This document shows positions 17,050-27,521 of a stretch of DNA of 59,275 nt, one piece after another. The DNA is from a virus (Duplodnaviria; Caudoviricetes). The notes beneath the pieces were generated by a model. That model was given only the letters and a program-made list of their open reading frames with translations, did not search any database and had not been told where the DNA came from. Numbering within the stretch: position 1 is the stretch's first letter; every line of letters starts with the position of its first letter. A program made the position numbers and the translations under genes. The stretch is from positions 1 to 59,275 of the IMG/VR virus record IMGVR_UViG_3300044468_000011; one strand, 5' to 3'.

Positions 17050-17421
17050 TTGTCCCGACTCACCGAGATTCGTGAGGCGCTGCGCGACCTTCTACCAGAC
17101 GATGACGGGGAGACGTTCGCCGCAGAGGTGCTGACGGGCCGGCAAGCAGAGCAGGAGACCTTCAAGGGCCGGATGGGCCCGCCGCAGATGGTGATCCGCG
17201 TCTACGTTGGCGACCCCGCCGACAAAGAGGCGCAGGCACGGCTGGACCGCTTCCTCGACGACGAGGAGGAAGGCTCAGTCGCCGATCGGCTCTACCACGG
17301 CGACCAGAAGCTCGGTGGCCTCGTCAGGGGCCTTCGCATCGTCAGCGCAAGCGGCTGGCGCATCTACCCGACCAAGGACGGCCAACTGCTCGGTGCTGAG
17401 TGGGTCGTCCAAACCCGATAG
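17050..17421 (+). CDS. Tail-associated hypothetical protein
   Basis: AGGAGG RBS; DQKLGGLV. Confidence 0.7.
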   Translation: MSRLTEIREALRDLLPDDDGETFAAEVLTGRQAEQETFKGRMGPPQMVIRVYVGDPADKEAQARLDRFLDDEEEGSVADRLYHGDQKLGGLVRGLRIVSASGWRIYPTKDGQLLGAEWVVQTR

Positions 17422-17432
17422 GAGGGACGAAC

Positions 17433-17732
17433 GTGCCGAAGTACGTCGTCACCGGTACGCGGCCCCAGTTCGGCCACCGGCCGGGAGAAGAGTTTGAGGC
17501 GGACCTACCCGAGGCCATGGCGCAACGCGCCATCGACCGCGGCGGTATCGCTCTTGCAAAAGACGGAGACGGCCTCGATGCCAAGACCCGGGAGGAGCTG
17601 AACGAGCTCGCCGGGATCGCCGGCGTCGCGAGCCCCGAGAAGCTCGGCACGAAGGCCGAGGTCATCGAGGCAATCCATGCCGCCACCGAAGGGCCGGACC
17701 AATCCGGCAGCAACCAAAAGAAGGAGGAGTAG
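17433..17732 (+). CDS. Hypothetical protein with HeH-like domain
   Basis: GGAGG RBS; TREELNELA..TKAEVIEAI resembles 13666-14034. Confidence 0.7.
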   Translation: MPKYVVTGTRPQFGHRPGEEFEADLPEAMAQRAIDRGGIALAKDGDGLDAKTREELNELAGIAGVASPEKLGTKAEVIEAIHAATEGPDQSGSNQKKEE

Positions 17733-17735
17733 CAA

Positions 17736-18212
17736 ATGGCTGTTGGAGCCAAGGAGCCGCTGCTGGATGCAGACATCGCGTTCGACGGCACCGACTTCTC
17801 GAACACTTCGAACGAAGTGACCATCGAGGACAGTGCGGCCGAGCACGACGTCACCGGCTTTCAGGGCGGCGAGTACACCGAGGAGACCCCAGGCCTGAAG
17901 ACGGCGGTCATCAACATCAACGTCTTCCAGGACTACACCGGCGGGAGCGTCCACCAGACCGCCGCGCCGCTCTACCGCAACCGGACCAAATTCCTGGTGG
18001 TCGTGAAGCCCGACGCCGATGAAATCGCCGCCGACAACCCGGCCTTCGCGATGGTCGTGCGCCTCTTCAAATACACCTCCGTCGGCGCGAAAGTCGGCGA
18101 CCCGCAGACGATCCCGCTCGAATGCCGCAACGCGAGCCGTCACGGGCTCAAAGAATTCGACAAAAAAGCGGATCTCGAAGCCTTCGAAGCCGAAGTCGCC
18201 GCCGAACTGTAG
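17736..18212 (+). CDS. Major tail protein
   Basis: GTDFSN..DVTGF..PGLK; precedes the chaperone. Confidence 0.85.
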   Translation: MAVGAKEPLLDADIAFDGTDFSNTSNEVTIEDSAAEHDVTGFQGGEYTEETPGLKTAVININVFQDYTGGSVHQTAAPLYRNRTKFLVVVKPDADEIAADNPAFAMVVRLFKYTSVGAKVGDPQTIPLECRNASRHGLKEFDKKADLEAFEAEVAAEL

Positions 18213-18247
18213 GCGTCGGCCTACACATACCGAAAGGAAGTACCTAA

Positions 18248-18616
18248 GTGGGACGAATCACCGCGGAGCAGCTCAACGAGTCAGCGTCCGTCTTCACGTT
18301 CAAAGAGGAAGAGGTCACGATCGAGGAGCTGGGTGGCACCATCCTGGTCCGCGAGTTGGCGGCCGGGCGGCGCGCGAAGCTGCTCAAAGGGCTGCTGGAC
18401 GAGGATGGCAACGTCCGCGACGTGATGGAGTTCCAGTGCCGCATGTTCGCGGCGGCCTGCATCGATCCCCAGATGAAGACGGCGGAGGTCCGGAAGTTCC
18501 TGCCCAACTGGCCGTCCTCCAAGGCGGACCTGGTCCTCGACGTTGCCGGGAAGCTGGGCGGCAACAAGAAGGAGGAGGAGGCCAAGCGAGAGGCCGAGTT
18601 TCAGGACGAATCCTGA
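18248..18616 (+). CDS. Tail assembly chaperone (G-like)
   Basis: EEVTIEELGGTILVRELAAG; lies between major tail and tape measure genes. Confidence 0.85.
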   Translation: MGRITAEQLNESASVFTFKEEEVTIEELGGTILVRELAAGRRAKLLKGLLDEDGNVRDVMEFQCRMFAAACIDPQMKTAEVRKFLPNWPSSKADLVLDVAGKLGGNKKEEEAKREAEFQDES

Positions 18617-18776
18617 CCTCCGCTTCATGTTCGAACTCGCCGAGCAGTTGGGGAAGACGGTTGGCGAGCTCGAAGGCGTAGTTCCCGGTCTCGGCATGTC
18701 CGAGACCGAGCTTCTGTACTGGAAGGCACTCAACAACGTCCGGCGTCGTGAAGCCGCTCGTAGGCCTTCCATCTAG
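18600..18776 (+). CDS. Chaperone frameshift extension (T-like), +1 frame
   Basis: RFMFELAEQLGKTVGEL..MSETEL..W; GAG TTT C AGG site at 18596-18605. Confidence 0.7.
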   Translation, partial: FRTNPDLRFMFELAEQLGKTVGELEGVVPGLGMSETELLYWKALNNVRRREAARRPSI

Positions 18777-18807
18777 GTAATCCACTCCGATCCGAAGGGT
18801 GCTCGGC

Positions 18808-21800
18808 ATGAACGCCGTCCCGGCGGCGGTCCTGAGCGTCCTCGTCCAGGCGAGGGGCATCAACCAGACCAACGCCCAGCTCGCAAAAACCGAGGGCTTC
18901 CTCCAGGGAGCAGCGGGTGCCGCGGGCCGGATGGCCCGGCAGCTCGTGACGGGGCTCAAGTACGCCTCGCTCGCGGCTGCCGGCGCCATCGGAGTGGCCG
19001 TCAAGAAGGCCATCGACTTCGACAAGGAGATGCGCAACGTCAACTCGATTGCGCAGCTCAGCGAGAAAAAACTGGGGCGGGTCCGAGACAAGGTCCTCGA
19101 ATTGGCGGGCAAGACCGCCCAGGCCCCGGTCACCCTCGCCAAGGGCCTTTACGACCTCGTCTCCTCTGGCTTCAACGCCGACGAATCGCTTCGAATCCTC
19201 TCCAAATCGGCCCGGGCCGCCACGGCTGGGCTCACGACCACGGAGATCAGCACCAAAGCAGTAGCCGCCGTCCTCAACGCCTACCACCTGAAGGCGAAGA
19301 TGGCGGGAGACACCTCCGACGTTCTCTTCGAAATCGTCAACCGAGGTGTCATCAGCTTCGAGGAACTGGCTTCGCAGATCGGCGATGTACTGCCCTTCAG
19401 CGCCTCCCTCGACGTAAATCTTCGGGAGGTCGGCGCGTCGATCGCCACGATGACCAAAGCCGGTATCTCCGCCCCGGAGACCATGACCCGGATCAAGGCC
19501 GTCATGGTCACCCTGCTGAAGCCCGGCGAAGCGCTGAGCAAGGTCATAAAGCAGCAGGGATACGACTCCGGCGATGCGATGGTGAAGGCGCTCGGTTTCC
19601 AGGGCACCCTTGAAGCGCTCTCCCGCGCCACTGGTGGGTCGAAGTCCGCGCTCGCCGAGCTGTTCCCCAACGTCCGTGCCCTCGGTGGCGCCCTAGCCCT
19701 GACCGGCGACAACGCGAAGGTCGCCCAGGAAGACCTCGCGGGTATGCAGGACGCCTCTGGGGCCACCGCCCGGGCCCTGAAGGAGCAGTCGAAATCGATC
19801 TCCTACCAGTGGAACCAGCTCAAGGCCACCGCTGAAGCCCTGGGCATCCAGTTCGGGGAAAAGCTGCTGCCGGAAATCGGCCGGGTGATCAAGATCATCA
19901 CCAACCCGAACCTCTCCACCGAAGAGAAGTTCACCAAGGTCTTCGACCTGATCCTGCGTGGGGCGGAAAACGCCCTGAAGGGCGGGATCGACCTAGCGAA
20001 GGACTATGGGCCGAAGATCATCGGCGCTCTCGTTTCCTCGATGGCAGGTGCCTGGTGGGAGATGAACGGCCTCGGGAAGGTTCTCTCGCTGGCGGCGCTT
20101 GTGCGGCTGCTGGGGGGGAAGGGAGCGCTCACCGCGACGGGGCAGGCGATCGGCCGCTCGCTCGGACTGGGCGTCAGCCAGGGGATCGCGACGACCGTGG
20201 CCGCGACCGCCGGACCGGCAATGGCCGCCGCTGAGGCCTCAGCGGCTCGCGGGGTGGCAGGTCCCGGTGCGGTATTCCCCGTCGTCGCCTCCAAGGCCCC
20301 CTTTGGCTCGGGCGCGGCACAAGCGGCGGCCGCCAACGCACGCCTGCGCGAAGCCGGAACGGCAGCGATCGGCGAGGGAGGTCTGTTCTCGGTTCCCAAT
20401 CTCAAGCGGGAGATGCTGGCGCGCGGGCAGAGTGGAGGAAAAGCCTTCTGGCAGGGTTGGACGGCGAGCGTCCGCGGCGCTGTTCCGAAAGCGAGGGCCG
20501 CGTTTAGGGGTCTCGGTACCGGGCTGGCTCGAGGTGCGACGACCTGGGGACTGGGAGGTCTCCTCGTCGGCGGGATGACCAAGGAACTGGTCGGAGGCGA
20601 CACCGGCAAGCGGATCGGCTCGGCTCTCGAAGCCGCCGGCGTCGGCGCAGCGATCGGCTCGGCCATCGCTCCGGGGGTTGGGACCGCGCTAGGCGCAACC
20701 CTCGCCGTCGGGATTGAGAGCTTCATTTCCGGGTCGCACGACGACTGGGGCGATCAGCTTGCGCAGGACTACATGGCCAGCTTGAAACAGCGGATTCCGG
20801 AGATCAAGCAGATGGTTCGTACGATGGATCTCGGCAGGCAGGGGGATTTCGCGACTTCTCGCGCGGAAGTCGCCGGTGTTCAGGTATCCGCGCAGGAACG
20901 GGTCGGGCGCTCTGGGTTGCGCGGACTTCGCTCAGAACTTCAGGAGGAGCTGAAGAACCTGGAGGGCGTCGGCGCCAGCAGCGCGGCCCTCGACACGGTG
21001 CGCCAGAAGCTCGAACTGGTTAACCGCGTGGTGCGGGAGGGCGTCGAAACGGTCGCCACCTACAAGCGTGGGTTCGACCTCCTGCAGTCCGGGACCGTGA
21101 CCCGGATGAAGGACATTGCCGACGTCACCCAGCAGAACGTCGGGCGGATCAACGACGTCTGGGCCCACAACCCCGAGAGGTGGCGACAGGCGATGGCCGA
21201 AAGCATGGCCGCCAGCATCTCGGCGATCAAGGCGGGGATGCGGCAGGGGGTAATCGAGACCGACGTCGGGTTGAAGCGGATCAAGGAACTGACCCGCAAC
21301 CAGCGCCTCTTCGAAGGCCGCGACCCGCTGGGGCTCGCGAAAGGCTTCTCCGCCAGTTGGGTGGAGGTCGGGCGGGTCAACGACCAGCAGATCGACGGGC
21401 AGATCAAGACCCTGCAGAAGCTCCCGAAGGGCGCGCGGGAAACTGCGCAGACGGCGATGGTCGGGATGGCCCGCACCTTGGAGAAGGAAGGCAGGCTCGT
21501 CAAAGGGTCCGCTTCCCGTTTGCAGTCTGCCCTCGTCACCAAGTTCGGCAAGACGAACCAGCAGATCGTCACCGAGACGAAGAAGGGCGTGCGGGCGATC
21601 GGGCAGGCCTTCTCCAGCCTTGGGCCGATCGTGTCCGGCTTGGTCAACTCGGTCTCCGGCTACCTGCAGGACCTCGGTGTCAACGTTGACGCGATCCTCA
21701 AGGCGTTCGGGGTCAAGCAGACGGTCAACTTCTCGGTGAAGACGGTGAAGGCCGGCGCTGACGCCGTCGGCCGCGCCGTTTCGGGGATCTTCGGAGACAA

Positions 21801-24468
21801 CAAGAAACAGAGCGGCGGCTTCATCGTCCCCGGCACCGGTTCGGGGGACACCTTCCGCACGATGCTCCCGGTCGGGAGCTTCATTGAAAACCGGGAGGCG
21901 GTGAAAGCTCTGCCCTTCCAGAAGGGCGGGGTGACCCCGGTAGCGCTGGAGCCCGGCGAGCGTGTCTACCTGCCCCGGGAAGTGCGGATGTACGGGCAGC
22001 GAAACCTCGAAGCTCGGAACGCCGCGGTGCCTCGATTCCAGAGAGGCGGAACGCTCGGCAAGCCGCAGGTCATGGGTCCCGCAGGACCACTACGGGATCT
22101 CGGTCAGAGCGCCGCCGACAAGAGCTACAACGCCGCACAGGATTTCATCAAAGCCCACAAGCCGGCGGGCGGGTTCGAAGGCCTCGGCAACGCGCCTGCG
22201 GCCCTACGCGAAGCGATGGCGCTCGCCCGCTCCAAAGGGCTGGAAATCACGTCAACCATCGGCGGCGAGCACGCTCCCGGGTCCTGGCACTACAAAGGCC
22301 GAGCCTTCGACGCCTCCAACGGCGTCAACACCCCACAGGAGCGCGAATACGCGATCGCTGCCGCGAAGAAGTGGGGCCGCCACATCCTCGAGCTCTTCTT
22401 CGATCCCCTCGGCTGGTACATCAAGAACGGCCAGAAAATCTCAGGGGCGATCGGGGACCACTCCGACCACGTCCACACTGCGATGCAGCTGGGCGGCCTG
22501 CTTCAGAAGCTCGCCGGCGGCGGGTTCGTCGATGCGTCCTCATCTCAGAAGAACGTCGCCCTCGCAATCGGCCGCGAACTGCTCGGCAGGGGTCTCAACT
22601 ACAAGGGCGCCGCCGGAGTCATCGGCAACGCCTGGCGAGAGTCGCTGTGGAATCCGGCTTCGATCGGTACCGGCGGCCGGGGCCTGTGGGGCTTCGACTT
22701 CTACGAGCAGCAGCTTCTCGAACAGGCCCAGAAGCAGGGCGTGTCCTGGGCGAGCATTCCCTTCCAGACCGAATTCATGTGGTCCGGGCCGGAACCTGCC
22801 TCGAAGCTGAAGGGCGCCCTCAACTCCCAGCCCTCGGCAGCCGCCTCAGCAAAGCTCTTCGATTCCGAGTGGGAGCGCTCGGGGATCAAAGCGATGAGCG
22901 ATCGGATGAACGGTGCGCGCGAAGCGATGCGGCTGATGACGGGCTCGGATATGGAAGCTGTCGGGGGGCGCGCCGAAGGCAAGAACCGCAAGCACAACTA
23001 CCAACAGCGCCTCAAGGCGATCGAACAGGAAGTAGCTCAGGCCCACTCCGCTCCCGCCAAGCTCTCCAAACTCTGGCGCCTGATCAAGTTCTGGGGTCGG
23101 GTCGGGATGTTCGACAACGACGAGCACGCTCACATCATCGACGCCGTTCAGAGTGCGGCCGCCCAGACGAAACCGCAGGGAGCGGTAAGCATCCTCTCCA
23201 ATCTCGCCGACTACGCGAAAGGCCACGGCGAGATCACCGGGCAGGACCCCTCCAACTTCCAGAGCCTCGAGAAGGCGATCGAGCGCGCTCAGGAGCGTGG
23301 CCAGGAGCAGCGGAAGAAGGCCGTCGAGCGCCAGAAAAAGCACGTAGAAGCGGTGAAGGCCCGGGTGGCTTCGAAAATCGCCAAGCGCGCAGCCTTCCCC
23401 GAGCTGGTGACGCAGCTCTCAGGGCTCCGCCGCCAGGCCGACGTAGGGGAAGAATACGCCTCTCAACTCGTCTCCCTGGAGCCGGAAAACGTCACCGACT
23501 CCTACGTCGGGCTGGAGCGCGGCGCCTACGGTGAGGAGCTGAATCGCCTGCTCTCCTGGCGCAACATGACCGTGCGAGCGCAGGAAGCGGCGAGTCGGGA
23601 AATCGGCAACTTCGAATCGCAGATCGCGAATATCGAAGCATTGAACATCGGAGTGGGTCCGGGGATGGCTGCGCCGGCCGGGAGGAAAGGCAAACAGCTA
23701 GGCGGCCTGATCGAACTCTTCGCCAAAGGTGGCAAAAGCGGGTTGGGTGGCGCCCAGAACACGAAGCCCGACAAAGGCCGGGGCGTCCCCAGCGACACCT
23801 ACGCCCAGTACAAGAAAGTCGCCTACAAGATCCCGCTGCTCGAAGAAGCGATCGCCAACGCAAAGACGATGCGCGACGAAACCTGGGCGGGGGAACTGGA
23901 AGAGATCCAGGGCCTCTCGGGGCCGAAGGGCATCCTCGGCTCTCTGCCCTCTGAGCCGCAGGCCGGAGCCTTCGGCGGGCGCATCTTCGAGATTCAGAAC
24001 TCGATCCGCGAACTCGCCCTGAAGGTGGGCGATGCCACCTCGGGGATCTCCGAACTGAAGCAGCTCGAAGCCCAGTTGAACGTCGACTGGCACAAGCGAT
24101 TCCTCGTTTCGGAGGCCCAGCGCAACACGATCCGCGACTTCGAGAGCGCCTACGGCCCGGGCCGCTTCGCCGGCACCTTCGCCAAGGGCGGCTACATCGG
24201 TGCGGGCGAGTGGGGTGTGGCGGGTGAGACCGGCGAGGCCGAGATCGTCCAAGGCCCCGCCCGCGTCTACAGCCCCGCTGAGACCGAGGCGATGCTGAGT
24301 GGTGGCGGAGAGCCCCGGGTGATCATCAACGGGGACATCGTGCAGCAGCCCGGTGATACCCGCGATCCGGTCGAAGTACTGCTCGGCAGTCACAAGCTGA
24401 AAGCCCACATCGAGAAGACGGCCCGCGAGGCCCGCGGCACCGGAAGACGAACCCCTGGAGGGAGGTGA
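18808..24468 (+). CDS. Tape measure protein (TP901-type) with embedded M15-like peptidase and phage tail lysozyme domains
   Basis: AIDFDKEMRNV; SWHYKGRAFD..HSDHVH; AAGVIGNAWRES..GRGLWGF. Confidence 0.95.
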   Translation: MNAVPAAVLSVLVQARGINQTNAQLAKTEGFLQGAAGAAGRMARQLVTGLKYASLAAAGAIGVAVKKAIDFDKEMRNVNSIAQLSEKKLGRVRDKVLELAGKTAQAPVTLAKGLYDLVSSGFNADESLRILSKSARAATAGLTTTEISTKAVAAVLNAYHLKAKMAGDTSDVLFEIVNRGVISFEELASQIGDVLPFSASLDVNLREVGASIATMTKAGISAPETMTRIKAVMVTLLKPGEALSKVIKQQGYDSGDAMVKALGFQGTLEALSRATGGSKSALAELFPNVRALGGALALTGDNAKVAQEDLAGMQDASGATARALKEQSKSISYQWNQLKATAEALGIQFGEKLLPEIGRVIKIITNPNLSTEEKFTKVFDLILRGAENALKGGIDLAKDYGPKIIGALVSSMAGAWWEMNGLGKVLSLAALVRLLGGKGALTATGQAIGRSLGLGVSQGIATTVAATAGPAMAAAEASAARGVAGPGAVFPVVASKAPFGSGAAQAAAANARLREAGTAAIGEGGLFSVPNLKREMLARGQSGGKAFWQGWTASVRGAVPKARAAFRGLGTGLARGATTWGLGGLLVGGMTKELVGGDTGKRIGSALEAAGVGAAIGSAIAPGVGTALGATLAVGIESFISGSHDDWGDQLAQDYMASLKQRIPEIKQMVRTMDLGRQGDFATSRAEVAGVQVSAQERVGRSGLRGLRSELQEELKNLEGVGASSAALDTVRQKLELVNRVVREGVETVATYKRGFDLLQSGTVTRMKDIADVTQQNVGRINDVWAHNPERWRQAMAESMAASISAIKAGMRQGVIETDVGLKRIKELTRNQRLFEGRDPLGLAKGFSASWVEVGRVNDQQIDGQIKTLQKLPKGARETAQTAMVGMARTLEKEGRLVKGSASRLQSALVTKFGKTNQQIVTETKKGVRAIGQAFSSLGPIVSGLVNSVSGYLQDLGVNVDAILKAFGVKQTVNFSVKTVKAGADAVGRAVSGIFGDNKKQSGGFIVPGTGSGDTFRTMLPVGSFIENREAVKALPFQKGGVTPVALEPGERVYLPREVRMYGQRNLEARNAAVPRFQRGGTLGKPQVMGPAGPLRDLGQSAADKSYNAAQDFIKAHKPAGGFEGLGNAPAALREAMALARSKGLEITSTIGGEHAPGSWHYKGRAFDASNGVNTPQEREYAIAAAKKWGRHILELFFDPLGWYIKNGQKISGAIGDHSDHVHTAMQLGGLLQKLAGGGFVDASSSQKNVALAIGRELLGRGLNYKGAAGVIGNAWRESLWNPASIGTGGRGLWGFDFYEQQLLEQAQKQGVSWASIPFQTEFMWSGPEPASKLKGALNSQPSAAASAKLFDSEWERSGIKAMSDRMNGAREAMRLMTGSDMEAVGGRAEGKNRKHNYQQRLKAIEQEVAQAHSAPAKLSKLWRLIKFWGRVGMFDNDEHAHIIDAVQSAAAQTKPQGAVSILSNLADYAKGHGEITGQDPSNFQSLEKAIERAQERGQEQRKKAVERQKKHVEAVKARVASKIAKRAAFPELVTQLSGLRRQADVGEEYASQLVSLEPENVTDSYVGLERGAYGEELNRLLSWRNMTVRAQEAASREIGNFESQIANIEALNIGVGPGMAAPAGRKGKQLGGLIELFAKGGKSGLGGAQNTKPDKGRGVPSDTYAQYKKVAYKIPLLEEAIANAKTMRDETWAGELEEIQGLSGPKGILGSLPSEPQAGAFGGRIFEIQNSIRELALKVGDATSGISELKQLEAQLNVDWHKRFLVSEAQRNTIRDFESAYGPGRFAGTFAKGGYIGAGEWGVAGETGEAEIVQGPARVYSPAETEAMLSGGGEPRVIINGDIVQQPGDTRDPVEVLLGSHKLKAHIEKTAREARGTGRRTPGGR

Positions 24469-24474
24469 AGGTAG

Positions 24475-26385
24475 TTGACGGAAGAGACCTGCGTGCTCGA
24501 CCCGGTCGAGTTCATTCCCGAGCGAGTGGAGCTGGCGCTGGACCAACTGGGGCTCGAGATCCGCGCCGAGGGCGTCGACTGGGGGGAGAGCCAGATCACC
24601 CCGCAGATGGTCCGACAGGCCGAAGGCGAAGTCTCTTCCGACGGGCACCGTGAGGGTGTCCAGATCCGGATACCGATCCGGGTAAAGGAGGAGGGCGCAG
24701 TCTCCCTTGCCGAAGCCGCTCACAAGCTCCAGCAGAAGTGCGGGACGCTTCAGGAATTCGGAGGGTGGATTCGCCGGGACTTCGACGAAGCCGGAGGCTT
24801 TGCGGGCTCGGTCGGCTACAAGATCCTGCGGCACACGCTTTCGATCTCGGGACTCGACGGGTGGCTGTTTGCGCACAACCGCGATGCACCGGACGTGGTT
24901 ATCACGGCGACTCGCTGGCCGATCGGGTATCCGACTGAAGAGGTCGAAGAAGGCCCGTTCACGAACGCCGCGGGCGAGCGGCACCTGATCTTCACTGAGG
25001 ACGCAAGCCAGGGGTCCGCACCGGGCCTCTGGCGTGGGCGGATCAAGAACGAAGGGGTGGAAGACCTTCGAGGTTTGATCCTCTCTCGTGAATGCGAGAC
25101 GGCTCCATCCGACCTCGAAGATCCCACGGCCCAGCCACACTACTTGGCCAAGAACCTCACCCCGTTGGGGGGCGCTGAAGTCAAAACTGTGTCGGGAATC
25201 GAACTCGTACAGGCGGAACTGGTCGGGGGGCAACTGGCGATCCTGGGCTCGGAAATCGCCGGCGAGGGCCATGTGACCCATCAGGGGCCGCGTGCAGTCT
25301 GGATGCGCGTTTACGTCCCGAGCGAAACGACCGACGGAGTTCGACTCCAGCTCCTTGTACGCGCACTCGGGGCTGCTCGGTGGGACGAATCGCTGCCCAT
25401 TGTCACCATTCCCATCGTTGGTGGTTGGGTTCCTGTGTGTCTCGGCGTCGCGCGTCCGCAGGCTGCACTTCTCGGGGACGAGCGGTGGGAGTGGAAATTG
25501 ACGGCTTGGGCGCCAGCAGGATCAGGGACCCTTCGAATCCGCGATGTTTACCCTCTCGCTACGGAGCAATATGTGTTGCTACGACAGCCAGAAGAACATC
25601 AGATCGCCGAGGGATTCGCAACGAAACCCCCAGGAACTGTCGTCAGCGGTTCCGGAGGCAAAGAATGGAAATCCCCATCCAGCGCGACGATTTCCGATGA
25701 CAGTCGCGCCACGTGTACGCTTGGGCCAGGTGGAGAGTTCGGAGCCTATTTGGAAGCGAAGAATCTGGGCATCAAACTTCCTCCAGGCGCGATTCCGACG
25801 GGGGTGGAGTTCTCGTTTGAGCTGTCGGCAACCGTCGCTGCGGTGGCAAACAGTGCCAACGTCTACATTCTCAAGGCAGGCGCACTTCAAAAAGCAGTCA
25901 ACAGGGCAACGGCAGACAAGTGGCCGACCACCGACTCGGTATTTGTCTTCGGTGGAGCATCCGATCTCTGGGGAGTCACGCTAACCGCGGCAGATGTCGA
26001 AGATCCCGGTTTCGGTGTAGCCCTGAAACCTTTTGCGGCCTATGTAGGGACGGTCGATTTAGGCGTTGACGCAGTTAATGCGACTGTCTACTACGCCCAG
26101 GAAGCCGATGGGGAGGACCGGGTGTGCTTCTCCTCGCGCTCGGTCGAGATCCGATCGGATGGCATTATTCGTCAGCATCCCACTGACGATGTTTGGGGCT
26201 ACCTCACGCCGGATGGCTTTCCCCCAATTGCTCCCCAAGGAGGACTTGAGGGCCGCGCCGTTAGAACTGTTGTTATTCCATCGGCCGGGGACTTGGCAAC
26301 CCTTCCGGATGGATCTACCCCGCTTTTACGAGCGACCACCTACCGACGGGCCGGGCATCTGTTCGCCCAAGAGCAGGCCATCTAA
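24475..26385 (+). CDS. Distal tail/baseplate protein
   Basis: Follows tape measure; beta-rich; GGASDLWG insert. Confidence 0.8.
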   Translation: MTEETCVLDPVEFIPERVELALDQLGLEIRAEGVDWGESQITPQMVRQAEGEVSSDGHREGVQIRIPIRVKEEGAVSLAEAAHKLQQKCGTLQEFGGWIRRDFDEAGGFAGSVGYKILRHTLSISGLDGWLFAHNRDAPDVVITATRWPIGYPTEEVEEGPFTNAAGERHLIFTEDASQGSAPGLWRGRIKNEGVEDLRGLILSRECETAPSDLEDPTAQPHYLAKNLTPLGGAEVKTVSGIELVQAELVGGQLAILGSEIAGEGHVTHQGPRAVWMRVYVPSETTDGVRLQLLVRALGAARWDESLPIVTIPIVGGWVPVCLGVARPQAALLGDERWEWKLTAWAPAGSGTLRIRDVYPLATEQYVLLRQPEEHQIAEGFATKPPGTVVSGSGGKEWKSPSSATISDDSRATCTLGPGGEFGAYLEAKNLGIKLPPGAIPTGVEFSFELSATVAAVANSANVYILKAGALQKAVNRATADKWPTTDSVFVFGGASDLWGVTLTAADVEDPGFGVALKPFAAYVGTVDLGVDAVNATVYYAQEADGEDRVCFSSRSVEIRSDGIIRQHPTDDVWGYLTPDGFPPIAPQGGLEGRAVRTVVIPSAGDLATLPDGSTPLLRATTYRRAGHLFAQEQAI

Positions 26386-26394
26386 CTAGCTCGG

Positions 26395-27027
26395 TTACCG
26401 ATTAGCTTCGTAGACGACAGGAGCCAGGGAGAGGCTCGGCAGATACGGATCGATTAGGTAGGTTTTGAGCTGACTCCGGATACGGGCTTCTCTGAGCCGA
26501 CAAGCCGCGACCCGGCTCTTCGTCGCGTGGCGGTGACGTAGCGATACACATCGCTCGCGAGCCCGAGTGATCCGCCTGGCCGCGATCGCTCCGAAGCCAT
26601 CGAGGCGCGCATTCTCAATTTCGCAAAGGCGGACGGAGGGCGGACCACCTCCGTACATGACGTTATAGGGGTCCGAGGAATCCGCCAGTCCCATAAGGTG
26701 GCCAACGGCATGGACGACCGCGGGGCACATTTCGGAGAACGTCAGTCCGTCGGTGGTCAGCAGGAGACACCCTTCAGGCCGGATGTTCGCCACGGCTCGC
26801 CCCTGCTCGATGTCAGTGTATGCGGGGGGTCCAGGAGTGAGAATCCTGCGAACGGATGAGCACTCGGTCGGGATGCCAACGCCCCAGTAGGCGAGCGCAA
26901 CGCGGTATGAGATCTCTGCCTCGCGCGACCAAGGAACTTCGAATTCGTCTGCTGCTGCTCCCGAAGGGAAGACCGCGGGTAAAACGGCCACGCATACTAG
27001 AACGGCGGCTAGGATTCGCCTCGTCAT
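26395..27027 (-). CDS. Secreted matrixin/metzincin-like protein with degenerate active site (moron)
   Basis: Signal peptide; HAVGHLMGLADSSDPYNVMY; AGGAGG RBS. Confidence 0.75.
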   Translation of the reverse strand: MTRRILAAVLVCVAVLPAVFPSGAAADEFEVPWSREAEISYRVALAYWGVGIPTECSSVRRILTPGPPAYTDIEQGRAVANIRPEGCLLLTTDGLTFSEMCPAVVHAVGHLMGLADSSDPYNVMYGGGPPSVRLCEIENARLDGFGAIAARRITRARERCVSLRHRHATKSRVAACRLREARIRSQLKTYLIDPYLPSLSLAPVVYEANR

Positions 27028-27116
27028 CGGGACTTACCTCCTGGTGACCATGCCCCGGGACGTTTGCCGCGTCGCCGGGGCGCTTGATTGATGAGGGAAC
27101 GATAGCGCGTTCGGCG

Positions 27117-27521
27117 TCATCCCGCCAGACCTTCGATGCATCCCTCTTCTGCGTTTGCCTGTAGGCCTGAGCGATATTCGCTCGCATAGGCTCGGGCTAC
27201 GGCGCTCAGGTTGTTCGAGACGCCGTATTCGCTGGCGAGCTCGGCCTGCGAGAAGAGGGCGCAGAATTCGCGCGATTCCTTCTGGACCTTCGCGGCAAGA
27301 GGGTTGCCGGACGGTTCAGGCGCAGGTTCCGGGGCTGGTTCTGGTTCCGGAGCAGGCGCCGGCTTGGGCTCGGGATTAGGGGTGGAACTTGGCTTCGCTG
27401 CCGCTGGCTTCGCCGGCTCCTCTTCGCCGTTGAGCCACTCCTGGAACGTAGTGCCCTCGGCACACCCCGAGAGCACGAATAGCCCCAGCACCACCGCCGC
27501 GAGTCCCGCCCAACGCGCCAT
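27117..27521 (-). CDS. Lipoprotein with Pro/Glu-rich linker (moron)
   Basis: Lipobox LSGC; TACGAT -10 just before ATG (leaderless-type). Confidence 0.8.
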   Translation of the reverse strand: MARWAGLAAVVLGLFVLSGCAEGTTFQEWLNGEEEPAKPAAAKPSSTPNPEPKPAPAPEPEPAPEPAPEPSGNPLAAKVQKESREFCALFSQAELASEYGVSNNLSAVARAYASEYRSGLQANAEEGCIEGLAG

